A DNA stretch of 63,342 bases, the filler included, from Nemertoderma westbladi (Eukaryota > Animalia > Xenacoelomorpha): the NCBI GenBank assembly GCA_032718475.1. It is 3 parts of 3 records of this genome, joined end to end, with 100 filler letters (N's around TTAATTAATTAA, not from the genome) between each part and the next. Parts side by side here need not be neighbours in the genome. Positions count along the whole stretch, not along the records: positions 40,349 to 63,342 come from JAUCBJ010005268.1; 2 more parts are not named here. One strand, given 5' to 3'. The position numbers were made by a program, and so were the translations under genes. A model generated the notes under the pieces. The model worked only from the letters and a program-made list of their open reading frames with translations. It did no database searches and was not told where the DNA came from. This document shows, piece after piece, positions 53,127-63,342 of the stretch (its first letter is position 1; each line of letters begins with the position of its first letter).

Positions 53127-54289
53127 CAGTTTAAGACCCAGAGCAGCACCCAGCTTAAGCTATCAATAGCTTCAAACAAACAACGGGTTTCCAACGTTGA
53201 CCATTGCTGAGGGAAAGACCATGTGCCCATGGTATTGCCAGGCAAATAGGGTTGACTTTGTTGGGGAGCAGAGTGTTGTTGCCATGACGGAAATGATACA
53301 GGATGGTGATGCCTCAACGAGCCAATCAGCAGCAGCACCACCAACCAATATATACCAATATATAACCTATATATTTTTATATATTATATAGCTGTAATTT
53401 TAAATAGCAATTTTTTTAATTGATTTACCTAATTGATTGCGATATTTTTTACTCTTTTATAGCTTATTATATATGTTTAATTTGAGTTGAATGTTATTTT
53501 GATACTTTTGAGAACTTCGTACCTATAATGTGCAATATGACAATACTTTTTATTAATAATTTGGCAATGTTATTCGTATTTTAATTTTTTTTTAATTGAT
53601 TTACCTACAGTAATTGATTTTTTTAAATTAATTTAAACTGAATCTTATTATATACTGTATATATAATATATATATATATTAAATATTTAGCATGAATTAT
53701 TATAATATTAATATACTGAAGAAAATTATTAAATTCTCAAATTATTAAAAAAACCGGTATATATACCTAATTAGTAATTATAAATGATCGTCATCACTAC
53801 TGGAAGTAGAGTCAGAGTGAGAGGCCGAGCCCGAGGGGTTGCCAGAACAGCTTTCTACATATTCATCTATAAGGCCATATATATTATTATGTTGAACAGC
53901 TTCTTTAAAAAGCTTAGCAGACAGAATGGGTCCGTATGACCACTCAAACAAAAACTTGAGGGAAGGATTTCTTTTATTATTAGCCCAGTCAATAATAATG
54001 TCTTTTGTTCCAATACATTGAAGCGAATTGGATCCCTTTGTAGTTAGCTCATACACAGCTAATCGCACGATCTCCATCATATTCCCCTCTAACATGACAT
54101 TGAATGATTAGTCAGCTTTGTGGTGATCAGTGTAATTGAAAAATGCCATTTGCGCGTTTGGTGTCTTAGACATGGCAACTGATGTTGCAAACGTCTTGAC
54201 AAAGGGTACCCATAATATTTTGGTTAAAGCTTTCAACATGGTATGATGTACTGTACATGGCCAAAACCTGGTTTCAAGAGAATCACAAC

Positions 54290-54595
54290 AATGTCTTGGT
54301 GAATTAGAGCAACAACTTCTTCACGAACAAATATATGGTATTTCCTTAATAATAATAATAATTTTTTCATTTGCTGATACCCACATGATGGTTCTAGTAA
54401 AATGGCATCAATAATGCTTTCTAACTGGCTGATATCTAATTTTTTCTTGATACCTAGCAGACAAATCCTGCGTCGAACTGTTCTGACTGAAACATCTAAG
54501 GAGTCATCATATTCCAATAGTTTCTGAATTTCTGGCTGTGTATATCCTTCATACAAATAAGTCGATAATAGATTTTGAGATAACCTTGATGCCAT
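54290..54595 (-). pseudogene. Clr5/HTH-like N-terminal fragment of a eukaryotic IS3-like integrase-core transposase
   Basis: GYTQPEIQKLL...VSVRTVRRRICLLG...GYQQM...IFVREEVV pattern; catalytic part missing. Confidence 0.55.
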
Positions 54596-56718
54596 GGTTA
54601 CTCCAAACTATATGTCCTACATAGAACACCAAGGCTCAAGAAGCAGACTATAGTAACATGTTCGTGGGGCCATCGCGCGCACGTAAGTCCAGATAAACCT
54701 TTACGTAGATGAACAATTAGAATTGACTGACTTAATTAGAATTATTAACGTTCAACATTGCCGAGAACGACGGATGGGTCCACTAATTATACCCCTACGC
54801 TAAGGCTAAGTCTCACCTGGACTTATGTGGCTCACCCCATGCCCACACATACAGTAGTTGTCAATGACTAGATACTGACCACAACTAACAAGTAAGGTAC
54901 CCAGGTACCAGTTATTACTAACACATTAACACCAATGGCATAAAATAAAAACAGTAAAACATGTATCATCATATAATAAAAAAAAGGTAAAGAGTAAAAT
55001 ATGTGTTATTAAAAAATGTAAAGAGTAAAAAAAATCTCAATCTTTAATAAAAAGGTAAAGAGTAAAATCTGTGCAGCTGTTTTAAAAAGGAGAAAGAGTA
55101 AATTATATAATGTAAATGTATAAAGAGTAAAGTGGCCGTATATCACCGCCATACGCAATCAGCCATTGTAAAATAGTCTTTTTTATCTATGTTTTTTAAT
55201 TTATTATATTTGGCAGTATCAATCTGATCACACCACCCAGGAACTCTGGTAAACTTCATTGTACTGCCCTTACTGGTATCTGATCCCTCTGTTACAAATG
55301 ACAAGGTATCCTCATCAGCAATCATATATATACCTTTAACCGGAACTCATTTATGAACCCAAACATATTTATTTTACACTTGTCGCTAAATAATATTACT
55401 AAGTAAACAATTTGAAAATTTAACACACCCTTGTGGGAGGTCAATTGTATGTAGTCTGTTGAAGTTACCAAACGTAATCCTTTTGGTTTAACTCACATCT
55501 TTATTAGTTTAATTAAATTAATTATTAGTTAATAAAAGATCCATGAAAAATTATTAATTTTGAATGAAATCATATCTTATCACAGGGTTATATATTCGGT
55601 GCAAAATATGATAACTTGTGCAGAACGTTTGAGCCACTATCATCTATTTTATTTCCAAATTCTACAAGGACTTCCATAAGACAACTTGCTTTGGCCGGTT
55701 CATCTGGGACATAACCAGTAGATTCTAAAGGAGGGTTTTCCACTAAAGCATCTTCCTTTTTGTCTCCACACTCTGGTAAGGCAGGAACATAGGAACTACC
55801 AGTTGGCAGAAAAACAACCTCCACATCTTCCTCCGATGGTTCGATTTTTCGTAATCAGAAAGTTGTTCAGTATTGCTGCAGGTGGATTGAAGTTCAATAT
55901 AAATAGCCCTATTTCTCGGATACAGAGCATGAATTCCCTTGCCGTCGTAACAAAAGTTTGGTCCCACACAAATTTGTGTTACAATTTCGTTTGGTGTTTT
56001 TACAAAGCTATAGTTCTCCAAACAAGGTGGAGATGACATCAACAAATATTTTCTATTCCCCCATATCTATTCTTCATTATCGGAGAAACTGAATTCGAAT
56101 ACGCAATGTTTAAACACAGAAGCTTGTATCATCATCATTGTTCAGGACAACCAATGGCTGACTGCAAGTGATTATAAGGACGACCTGCCTTGCCACTTGG
56201 TGATGGTCTCTGTTGGTTGTTGTTCTAGCAACACATTTCTACGTCCAGCCAACCTTGCTCCAGCCATTGCGCATGTGGTGCAAATATGCGATTAATTTCG
56301 CTGGTTAATCGCTGTTTAAACAATCAGTACTGGATATGGTGTTGTTATTTGAAAATAATATGTATATTAGTAGATGTTTATTTAACAGTAAATCTGTTAA
56401 ACTATTTGACCAACTGAAATTCCATTCGATTAAGATATCATGGCACCCACTGATATACTTAAAAAACAAAATTTCTGAAATCAGTCGTTAACATCCCCTC
56501 CCCAGACATGTTCTGGAATAAATTGGTGCCCATCCTAAATTAAAATAATAAAATTTACGGGAATATATTTTAAATTCATGTCCCCTCATGAATTGAATTA
56601 AATTGCCAATTTAAGACAATTAATCCCAGCCAAGCCAATAATTAAAGCCAATACGAAATTTATATGTTGTAAGAAGTTTGATTTCAAACGCCGAAAGATT
56701 TCTCAACATAAATCTCGA

Positions 56719-58540
56719 ATGTCTGACAGCCATCAGTACAGTTTGGAATTTTCACTGCCAAGTTCACTGCCAGAGTCTAGGACCAATGTCCTAGCAAGTG
56801 AAGATATATATACAGAAAAGTGGGAAAAGGTTGGAAGAACTAAGGTTAGTCCAGAGCTTACATCAACTCATAATCGTAGCAGTGGTCGACGAAATTATTG
56901 CACCATATGCTGGAGACATCAAAAAAGGAGATTATTTGTATTGTCAGAAATGTGGAGATCAGCACAACAAGAATAATTATGTAAGTAGGAAGGGAGGAAG
57001 TGGTTCATCTGCTGGAAGTGAGTCATCTGGGATGAACAGAGATTAATAGACTGGATTAGTCAGCAGGATGTTCCAGATGGTAAAAGTTCAGATGATGTTA
57101 CATGTAAGAACTGTACAATTAATAATAGACGAAGGAGGGAGGAAGGACCTTTGTAAAGGTTGTTATGTGGCTAATCTGCAGCTGCAGAAATCAGGATATT
57201 GCTGGACATGCTCTGCAACTATTCGTGTAGGAGGGAAATATTGCAGTAGATCTTGCAAAGTTAAGTATCAGGCAGCTCAGAAAGAAGATTCCAATAAAAG
57301 TAATTGGGAGTCTATCAGTGAAATGTCATCTAATATAGAGATACAAACAACACTGTTACATGAGAGTCTATGGGCTGTGAGAACTTGTGGAGAGTGTAAT
57401 AAGCCTATCCCTTACAACAGTAAGAAATACTGCAGTGTTGAGTGTTTGGGTCGACATAAAATCGTCACAAGATCAGGATTAGGTACTGGTTCAGTTCCAC
57501 AATTTCTACTCCAGAAAGTGGCCCTGTCAGCCAATACATCACTTGGTGCCAAGGAAACTACACAACCAACCTATCCTTTGTCATCTGATGAACAAGTTTC
57601 TCTATCATCCCAACCATCAATCAGGACAAACCCATCAAGAACAGGTATAACAGATAGTTCAATATCTCAAGAAGTTCACATGCCACCACCCCCTCCAACT
57701 TCATCACAGCCTTCTACCTCCTGGGATGGTGAATGCATGTTCCATGCAATCAGAAGATACATCTCTTAATGACCCAACTCTGATGATGAGGAAGAAAGCG
57801 CAAAGATATTTTAGAGGATTGCATGGTACTTTAGATTCGGGAGTTGCGGTGTCCAGGTGTCATGTCAATCATCAGACCCAATCTATTTTAAACAGAATGC
57901 TCCATACCTCAGAATAAATAAAGCTAATAGGCTTACTTTAGAATGCCGTCGTGGTGTGCTAGAACTTAATATACGAGGACGACGACATCTTGGTGAAAAT
58001 TACATTAAATATCTTCTTGAGTAATATGATGCGCCTGCAAATGGATTGCTTAGAGAAAGCCTACGTGGAGCTACATATATAGAGACATCTATAATGTCTC
58101 TATCACTGAATGCTATAAAATTCATGAATGAATTTTAAACCAGGGTACTAAAGATAATGATTCAGAAATATTTTCTTTTAAGGATATTTGTCAGGAAGAA
58201 ATGGCAGTTATCCATCCTATGTCTCCTATAGGTAGAAGGTCTTGGGTAATCCACCAAGAATCTGATGATCTTCATGGCCTTCTTTTACAGTTTCTCTCGT
58301 TTTGTGTAACACATTGCAGAATGGAAGAAGAATTTGGGAAGAAGAAAAAAATAGGAGCCCAATACAAAATATATTGCTCAACTATGTTCGATATGCAGTA
58401 TATAGTGGATGTACCAGAAGTCGTAGGGAGATGTTTGGCAATGATCTTAAAGAGAAATTGGAGGCATTAGTTGGATAATTCGATTTAAATGATGAACCTA
58501 CAGTATATATATCACTTCCATCTACAGATTCATCAAGGCA
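56719..58540 (+). pseudogene. Decayed ORF with multiple CxxC Zn-fingers (TRASH/MYM-like) followed by an OTU-like protease motif
   Basis: YCQKC, TCKNC, LCKGC, CWTC..KYCSRSC, CGECNKP..KYCSVEC, then a Ser/Pro linker and DGECMFHAI; several frameshifts and stops. Confidence 0.55.
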
Positions 58541-59435
58541 AAAGGTTAGTAATATTTTGCATTAATTAATTTTCATTTATGTAGTCAGTGTGGCTTAGTC
58601 AAACTAACAGCTAATTTATTATGAGGGTTAGAGTTAGTGTTAGGCTTAGGGTCGGTGATAGGTTTATGGTTGTGGTGATACAGTAATTAGGAGTATTAAT
58701 TTGGAGTTAGCACCTGCTATTTTACATATTTATATTGTTTTTGATGGAGGTAAAATAAAGTATAATTTGGTGTATGTTTTTTTTTTTTTTGGGGGGGGGG
58801 GGGGGTGTAGGTGAATATGGTGGAGTGCGTGGCGTGAATATGGTAATTATATTCGTGTGGGGGGGGGGGGGGGTGTATCTTTCTGCAAAATTTAGCTCTA
58901 TTTCGATAAGAGTTGTAGGAGAAAATACATTTCTTACAAAAGGGTGAGTACAAAACAAAGGTACTGTTTGTTACGTTTGGTGCGTTACGTCCCAGATTTT
59001 GACTTGGAACCACACCAACATTACTTGTGCTACTATACTAAATGTTTCCGTTTATAGTGTGTTTATTTCATTGTATTTTATGGGCAATGTTTCCTGAAAT
59101 TAATACTTATTAATATTATTATCATTATTAATAACAATTAATGTTTATTTAAATAACGTATAATTAATTAACATTATAAATTACAAACATGTATAAGTAT
59201 ATAATTTATTCTGTCCTAATTTGTATTTGTAAGACAGGTAGTCGGCAAAATTCTTACTCAACCGCATGAAAATTATAACAATCATAACTTTGTTCATACT
59301 TATAATATTTTTTCTATAGGCCTACTGATATTATTATTTTTAACATTTCAGATGGATAAGGATAGGTATGAGGCAATTTCCCCAGAATATATGAACGTAG
59401 TAACTGCCACACAGGTTATAGATGCGCCACCGGCA

Positions 59436-60075
59436 GGCCTCATCGTGAAACGCCAGGATGAGGTGCGTGATGTTTTCGGGGAACTCCTGGCGTCGGCGTT
59501 CGGTGCGCCCAGCGTTGAGCGGGAGGTGGGTGACCCTGTCCCGGGGGTACCTCGACAGGGAAGGTAGGGAGGTAGGGGGAGTGTGGGCGGATTTGGTCGC
59601 GGGGGGTTTGGGCGAACCAGAGAGTGGCGTCGTTTGATATTGCGGTAATTAACGCTGACGCCACCTCTTATACGCCCAGACCAACCGCTCGACCGAGTCC
59701 CTCCTGGAGCAGCGGTGCCGGTTAAAGAAGATGCATTACCGGACCGTCTGTGAAGACCGGAGGATGTCGTTCACCCCTCTGGTGGGCACCACCGATGGTG
59801 TCTGGAGCACCGAGGCCCAGATCCTCATCCGCCATCTCACCGAGACACTCGTGGCCCGGCGGGATGGAATGCGAGAGAGGGGCCTCGCGTGTGTCATGGG
59901 GGGTGTTCGACGGCGGCTGCAGTTCGCGCTCCTCTGGTCCAGCTCCCTCTGCCTCCGGGGCGGCCGACGGTCGTGGCGAGGCTTGGGTTTCGGGGACGGG
60001 GCCGGTCTGCGAGGTGCGGGGCTGGCAGACCAGTTCTGTGTCGCTTTGTGTGGTGATGGGTATTTGTATTTTTAA
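59436..60075 (+). mobile_element. 5'-truncated CRE-like non-LTR retrotransposon (restriction-like endonuclease domain)
   Basis: KRQDEVRD...RADL..RGVW...FDIAVINADATSY...KKMHY...SFTPLVGTTDG...RRRLQFALLWSSSLCLRG across frameshifts. Confidence 0.8.
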
Positions 60076-60330
60076 TTTGTGTAATGGTCTAATATATATA
60101 TATATATATGTTTTAATTAAAATAATTAATAAAATATTAATATTAAATATAGGGCTCTCTTACATCTTATATAACGTGTGTGGTTTTGTTTAATGTTGTT
60201 ATGCATTATCAGGGTACTCAGGGTTCTCAGGTACATTATAGTCAACTGGGATTGACAAAATCGAACAGTTGTCCGAATACTGTATGGGAGGGATATGCTA
60301 AATAAAGTGCAATTTATTTTTTGTTTTTAG

Positions 60331-61047
60331 GGACCTTTCATCTGGAATGACATTCATAATCATGCAGCTCACCCCCGCCGAAGCCGCGAGATTCTACATA
60401 AATGGCATCGGCATGGGGTCTTTCGTCGCACTTCTTGAGCCGGGATTCCGTGGTGGGGAGTCGACCCGTCTCCCCGTCATTAGCTCCAGACTCCCCCCCC
60501 CCGTTCACCGACCACGGCCAGCTGCCTTCCCGCAGCATGTTATCACTTTTGAGGCCCCGGATTTGCAAGGCTTTTGCCTTCACATTGCAAATTTTGAACT
60601 TACGGGGGTTGGTTGTATAATTTATTACTTAAACTTACAATTTTACTTATTTTTAATTATGTAATGCAGCATGAGTGAAGGAGAAAGAGAGAGTTTTTTA
60701 AAGTTTCTGAAAGGGAGGGGGGGGGGGGTTGTTGATAAAAATGTAATGTATTACAGTATGTACACAAGCTACACTCATTTATGAATATTCCCATGTCAAT
60801 GACACTTATTATACATTTTATATTCTAGACAACAATGAAGAGAGTATGCGGAGGGGCTGTTTGCCATGGGTTAAAAGGGACCAGCGGCCAATGCCCCTGT
60901 TTCCGTCAACCTGGGCCGGCCGTCTGGGCCATTGAGGGCGACGTTCTCCTGCCGCCCGTATACGATGGAGAAGGGCGACGTGTACTGCCACATGTGTTTT
61001 CATCGTGGCAGTTTACGTCGCTCTTCTTCACCGGAGAGCAGCTAAGA
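60331..61047 (+). CDS. Two in-phase exons (60331-60607, 60829-61047) of an unidentified Cys-motif protein gene or pseudogene
   Basis: GC-rich blocks with tttttAG/GT and ctAG/GTAAGT borders; phase-0 join gives an open frame containing CGGAVCHG..CPC and FSSWQFTSLFF. Confidence 0.55.
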
Positions 61048-63342
61048 GTAAGTTTTTTAATTAATAGTATAAATAATTTAATAATTAATACTAAGTTAAT
61101 AGATAATAGTATAATTTTAATTCACTATCCCTATGAGACTACAATTAGTCTGGCGGTGTGACTGAGTCAGAACCGATGGTTAGTTAAGACTCTATCCCTA
61201 TTGTCATTTCACTGTATCTTTCAATACTGCAATAATAAAAAATATGTAACAATTACGACTAAATCTCTACATACTAATGATAATAATTACTCTGGCATCC
61301 TGAATAGATGGGGTGACATGTCTATTTATTTTTGAAAAAAAAAATCCACCTACAATTTTTTTTATTCCAGACACCCCACCCCGACAATTCATTAAATATT
61401 ACATATTCGTTACATTTTTCTTCTATTTTTACTCTTCTATATATTATTTTTAAATTATTTAGGTCGCCAATTCAACAATTGGTTCCATGAGGTGGAGGAT
61501 GATCTCGATTGTGATGTAGTGGAGATTCCGAAGCATACGCTGGCGCAGTTCTCTGCGGTTGCCACGGCTGCAGGGATCCATCAAGATATTGATGAAATTT
61601 TGACTTTTGCAACTTTTGCGCACTGGTAGAACAATGAAATCGAAAAAAAGTAAAAAACGCCTTGCCCTATTATATCAGTATATAGGCCTGTCATATTAAC
61701 TTATAATATAGAATATATTAAAATAATATATCAATATTAATAGTAGGCTATAAAAATTATTGACTTGTAAGTGCTTTCCTGTCTGACCATAATACCTGTA
61801 CTGTAATAGGTCTAACTGTCTAATAAGCTAATCTTTGATTTATTATATACCGGTACTGCTGTACTGTACATGCGGTACCGGTACTTGCCTTTTTATTATC
61901 AGTTTTTTTTAATTTCATACATTACATCCATACCTTCCCACCATCTTTATGAAATTCCAAGTAACTGTATACCTGGCTGCCTGGACCATCGATAGACAAT
62001 ACATACAATTATGCAAGTTTGCATTGCCCCAATATGACTCAGGTATCCCAGGTTTAATTAATAGGCCTAGGCTGCTTTATTTATTGAAATAAACTGATGA
62101 TTAATAAGATTTTAATTCTGTAATTGGAATACCATTTCGACATTTTCACAATGAATGGTATGATAAACAGGGAGAAGTGACCGGTATTCTAATTACTATA
62201 ATAGGCCTATGTATACCAGTATACTGCAGTACTGGTATAGGCCTACCTATACTACAGTACTATTGATTGATGTGAGCCTGTAAGGGCTCTTATATTTTTG
62301 TTCCAGAATGACCGCACACAATTTACAGATTTAAATATACAGTAGTTCACAAAACAAATTAACTAGGCGTCGGCCCCTATGCCAGTACCTTAATTCAGTA
62401 ATTAATTAATTAAATGTTGAGATATTACTATGCATCAATACAGCTATGTATATCACAGTATCAGTATGCCTACCTAGGCCTAATTCACAATCTACACATA
62501 TTTGTCCTCAAGTAACCTATTTTTTAAGACCGGCCTGGTCTGCTGGTAGGCCTAAGCCCAACTGACAGACGTTTCTTTGTATTAACTATTACTGATACCG
62601 GTAAGGCAAAATTTTAAAACAATTTGCATTCTTATGTGGACATACCAGCATGCACCACACAACCGGTACCAGTCCAGCAGTCTGATGGAAAATCAAACCA
62701 TCCACTGATGTTAGCCATCTGCAGAATGCTGACATGTTGCCTATGATTATTTACTCTGATTACTGACTTGTAGTTCCTACTGCATACTGCAATATTCTAC
62801 CCTTCCGGCAGTACTGTATCACTGAAGTAACCAATCAGTATTATTATTATTTTTTTATTATTATTATTGCCATACTTAAATACAGTCCCAATCCTAATAA
62901 ACATTAACTTGGTCATTTTGGCGACCAAAACGACCAAATATAAATTGCGGCATTCATGAAAGGAACTTCTGAGGCAAGTTGGCTTGTCAATCACAGCCAG
63001 TGAATAGAGGCTGAGTGTAAGTAAAGCCCAGGATGTTGGCAGATAGAAAAAGGCTTCGATTTCCTGACATTCCCCCCCCCCCCCCCCCCCCCCCCCGGCA
63101 GTTCCGTTCCGTTAGAGTAGGACACTACTGTTTTATATTTCGCACGTTTATTTTTCATTTTGTAAGGTAAACGGACCGCTTGTATCCAGACAAGTTGTAC
63201 AGTATCCAATTTCCCTTTCTTGGCTCAGAAATTTATATTTTGCATCCCGATTTTACATTTTGTATCCACGTTTTATTTATGAATTTCAGCAATTCAATTA
63301 CACTGTATTGTTTGCTAATCTTTAAACAATTAATTAGATGAC

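Noticed and set aside
2236-63100. Scattered G/C homopolymer runs as a system
   Set aside because: Mostly parts of MITE ends or simple repeats; their lengths are unreliable and no regular spacing was seen.

Overview
Invertebrate-animal (eukaryotic) genomic DNA, not prokaryotic. Two identical artificial 100-nt spacers (44 N + TTAATTAATTAA + 44 N at 23092-23191 and 40249-40348) join three separate contigs. Contig 1 (1-23091) holds the 3' part of a minus-strand talin gene: 7 exons with GT-AG junctions and consistent phases, ending in a single 4.6-kb exon. Its introns are inflated by two LINEs and 31-bp minisatellites. One minisatellite is an amplification of a talin exon/5' splice-site junction, and its distal units carry 3' splice-site-like motifs. 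It is split by a LINE, which in turn contains a DINE-1/HINE-like element with nine CTCF-like motifs at ~146-bp spacing. Contig 2 (23192-40248) holds a 4.1-kb, nearly invariant, CpG-rich 45-bp satellite, other minisatellites, a MITE, an RTE fragment and a 3-exon taxilin gene. Contig 3 (40349-63342) is mostly decayed mobile elements: BEL/Pao gag, pol and integrase, Helitron-type Rep, a tRNA-SINE, a hAT-like transposase, a CRE-like RLE fragment and a Zn-finger/OTU-like ORF. It also has an unidentified spliced Cys-motif gene. All family calls come from motif recognition, not database searches.
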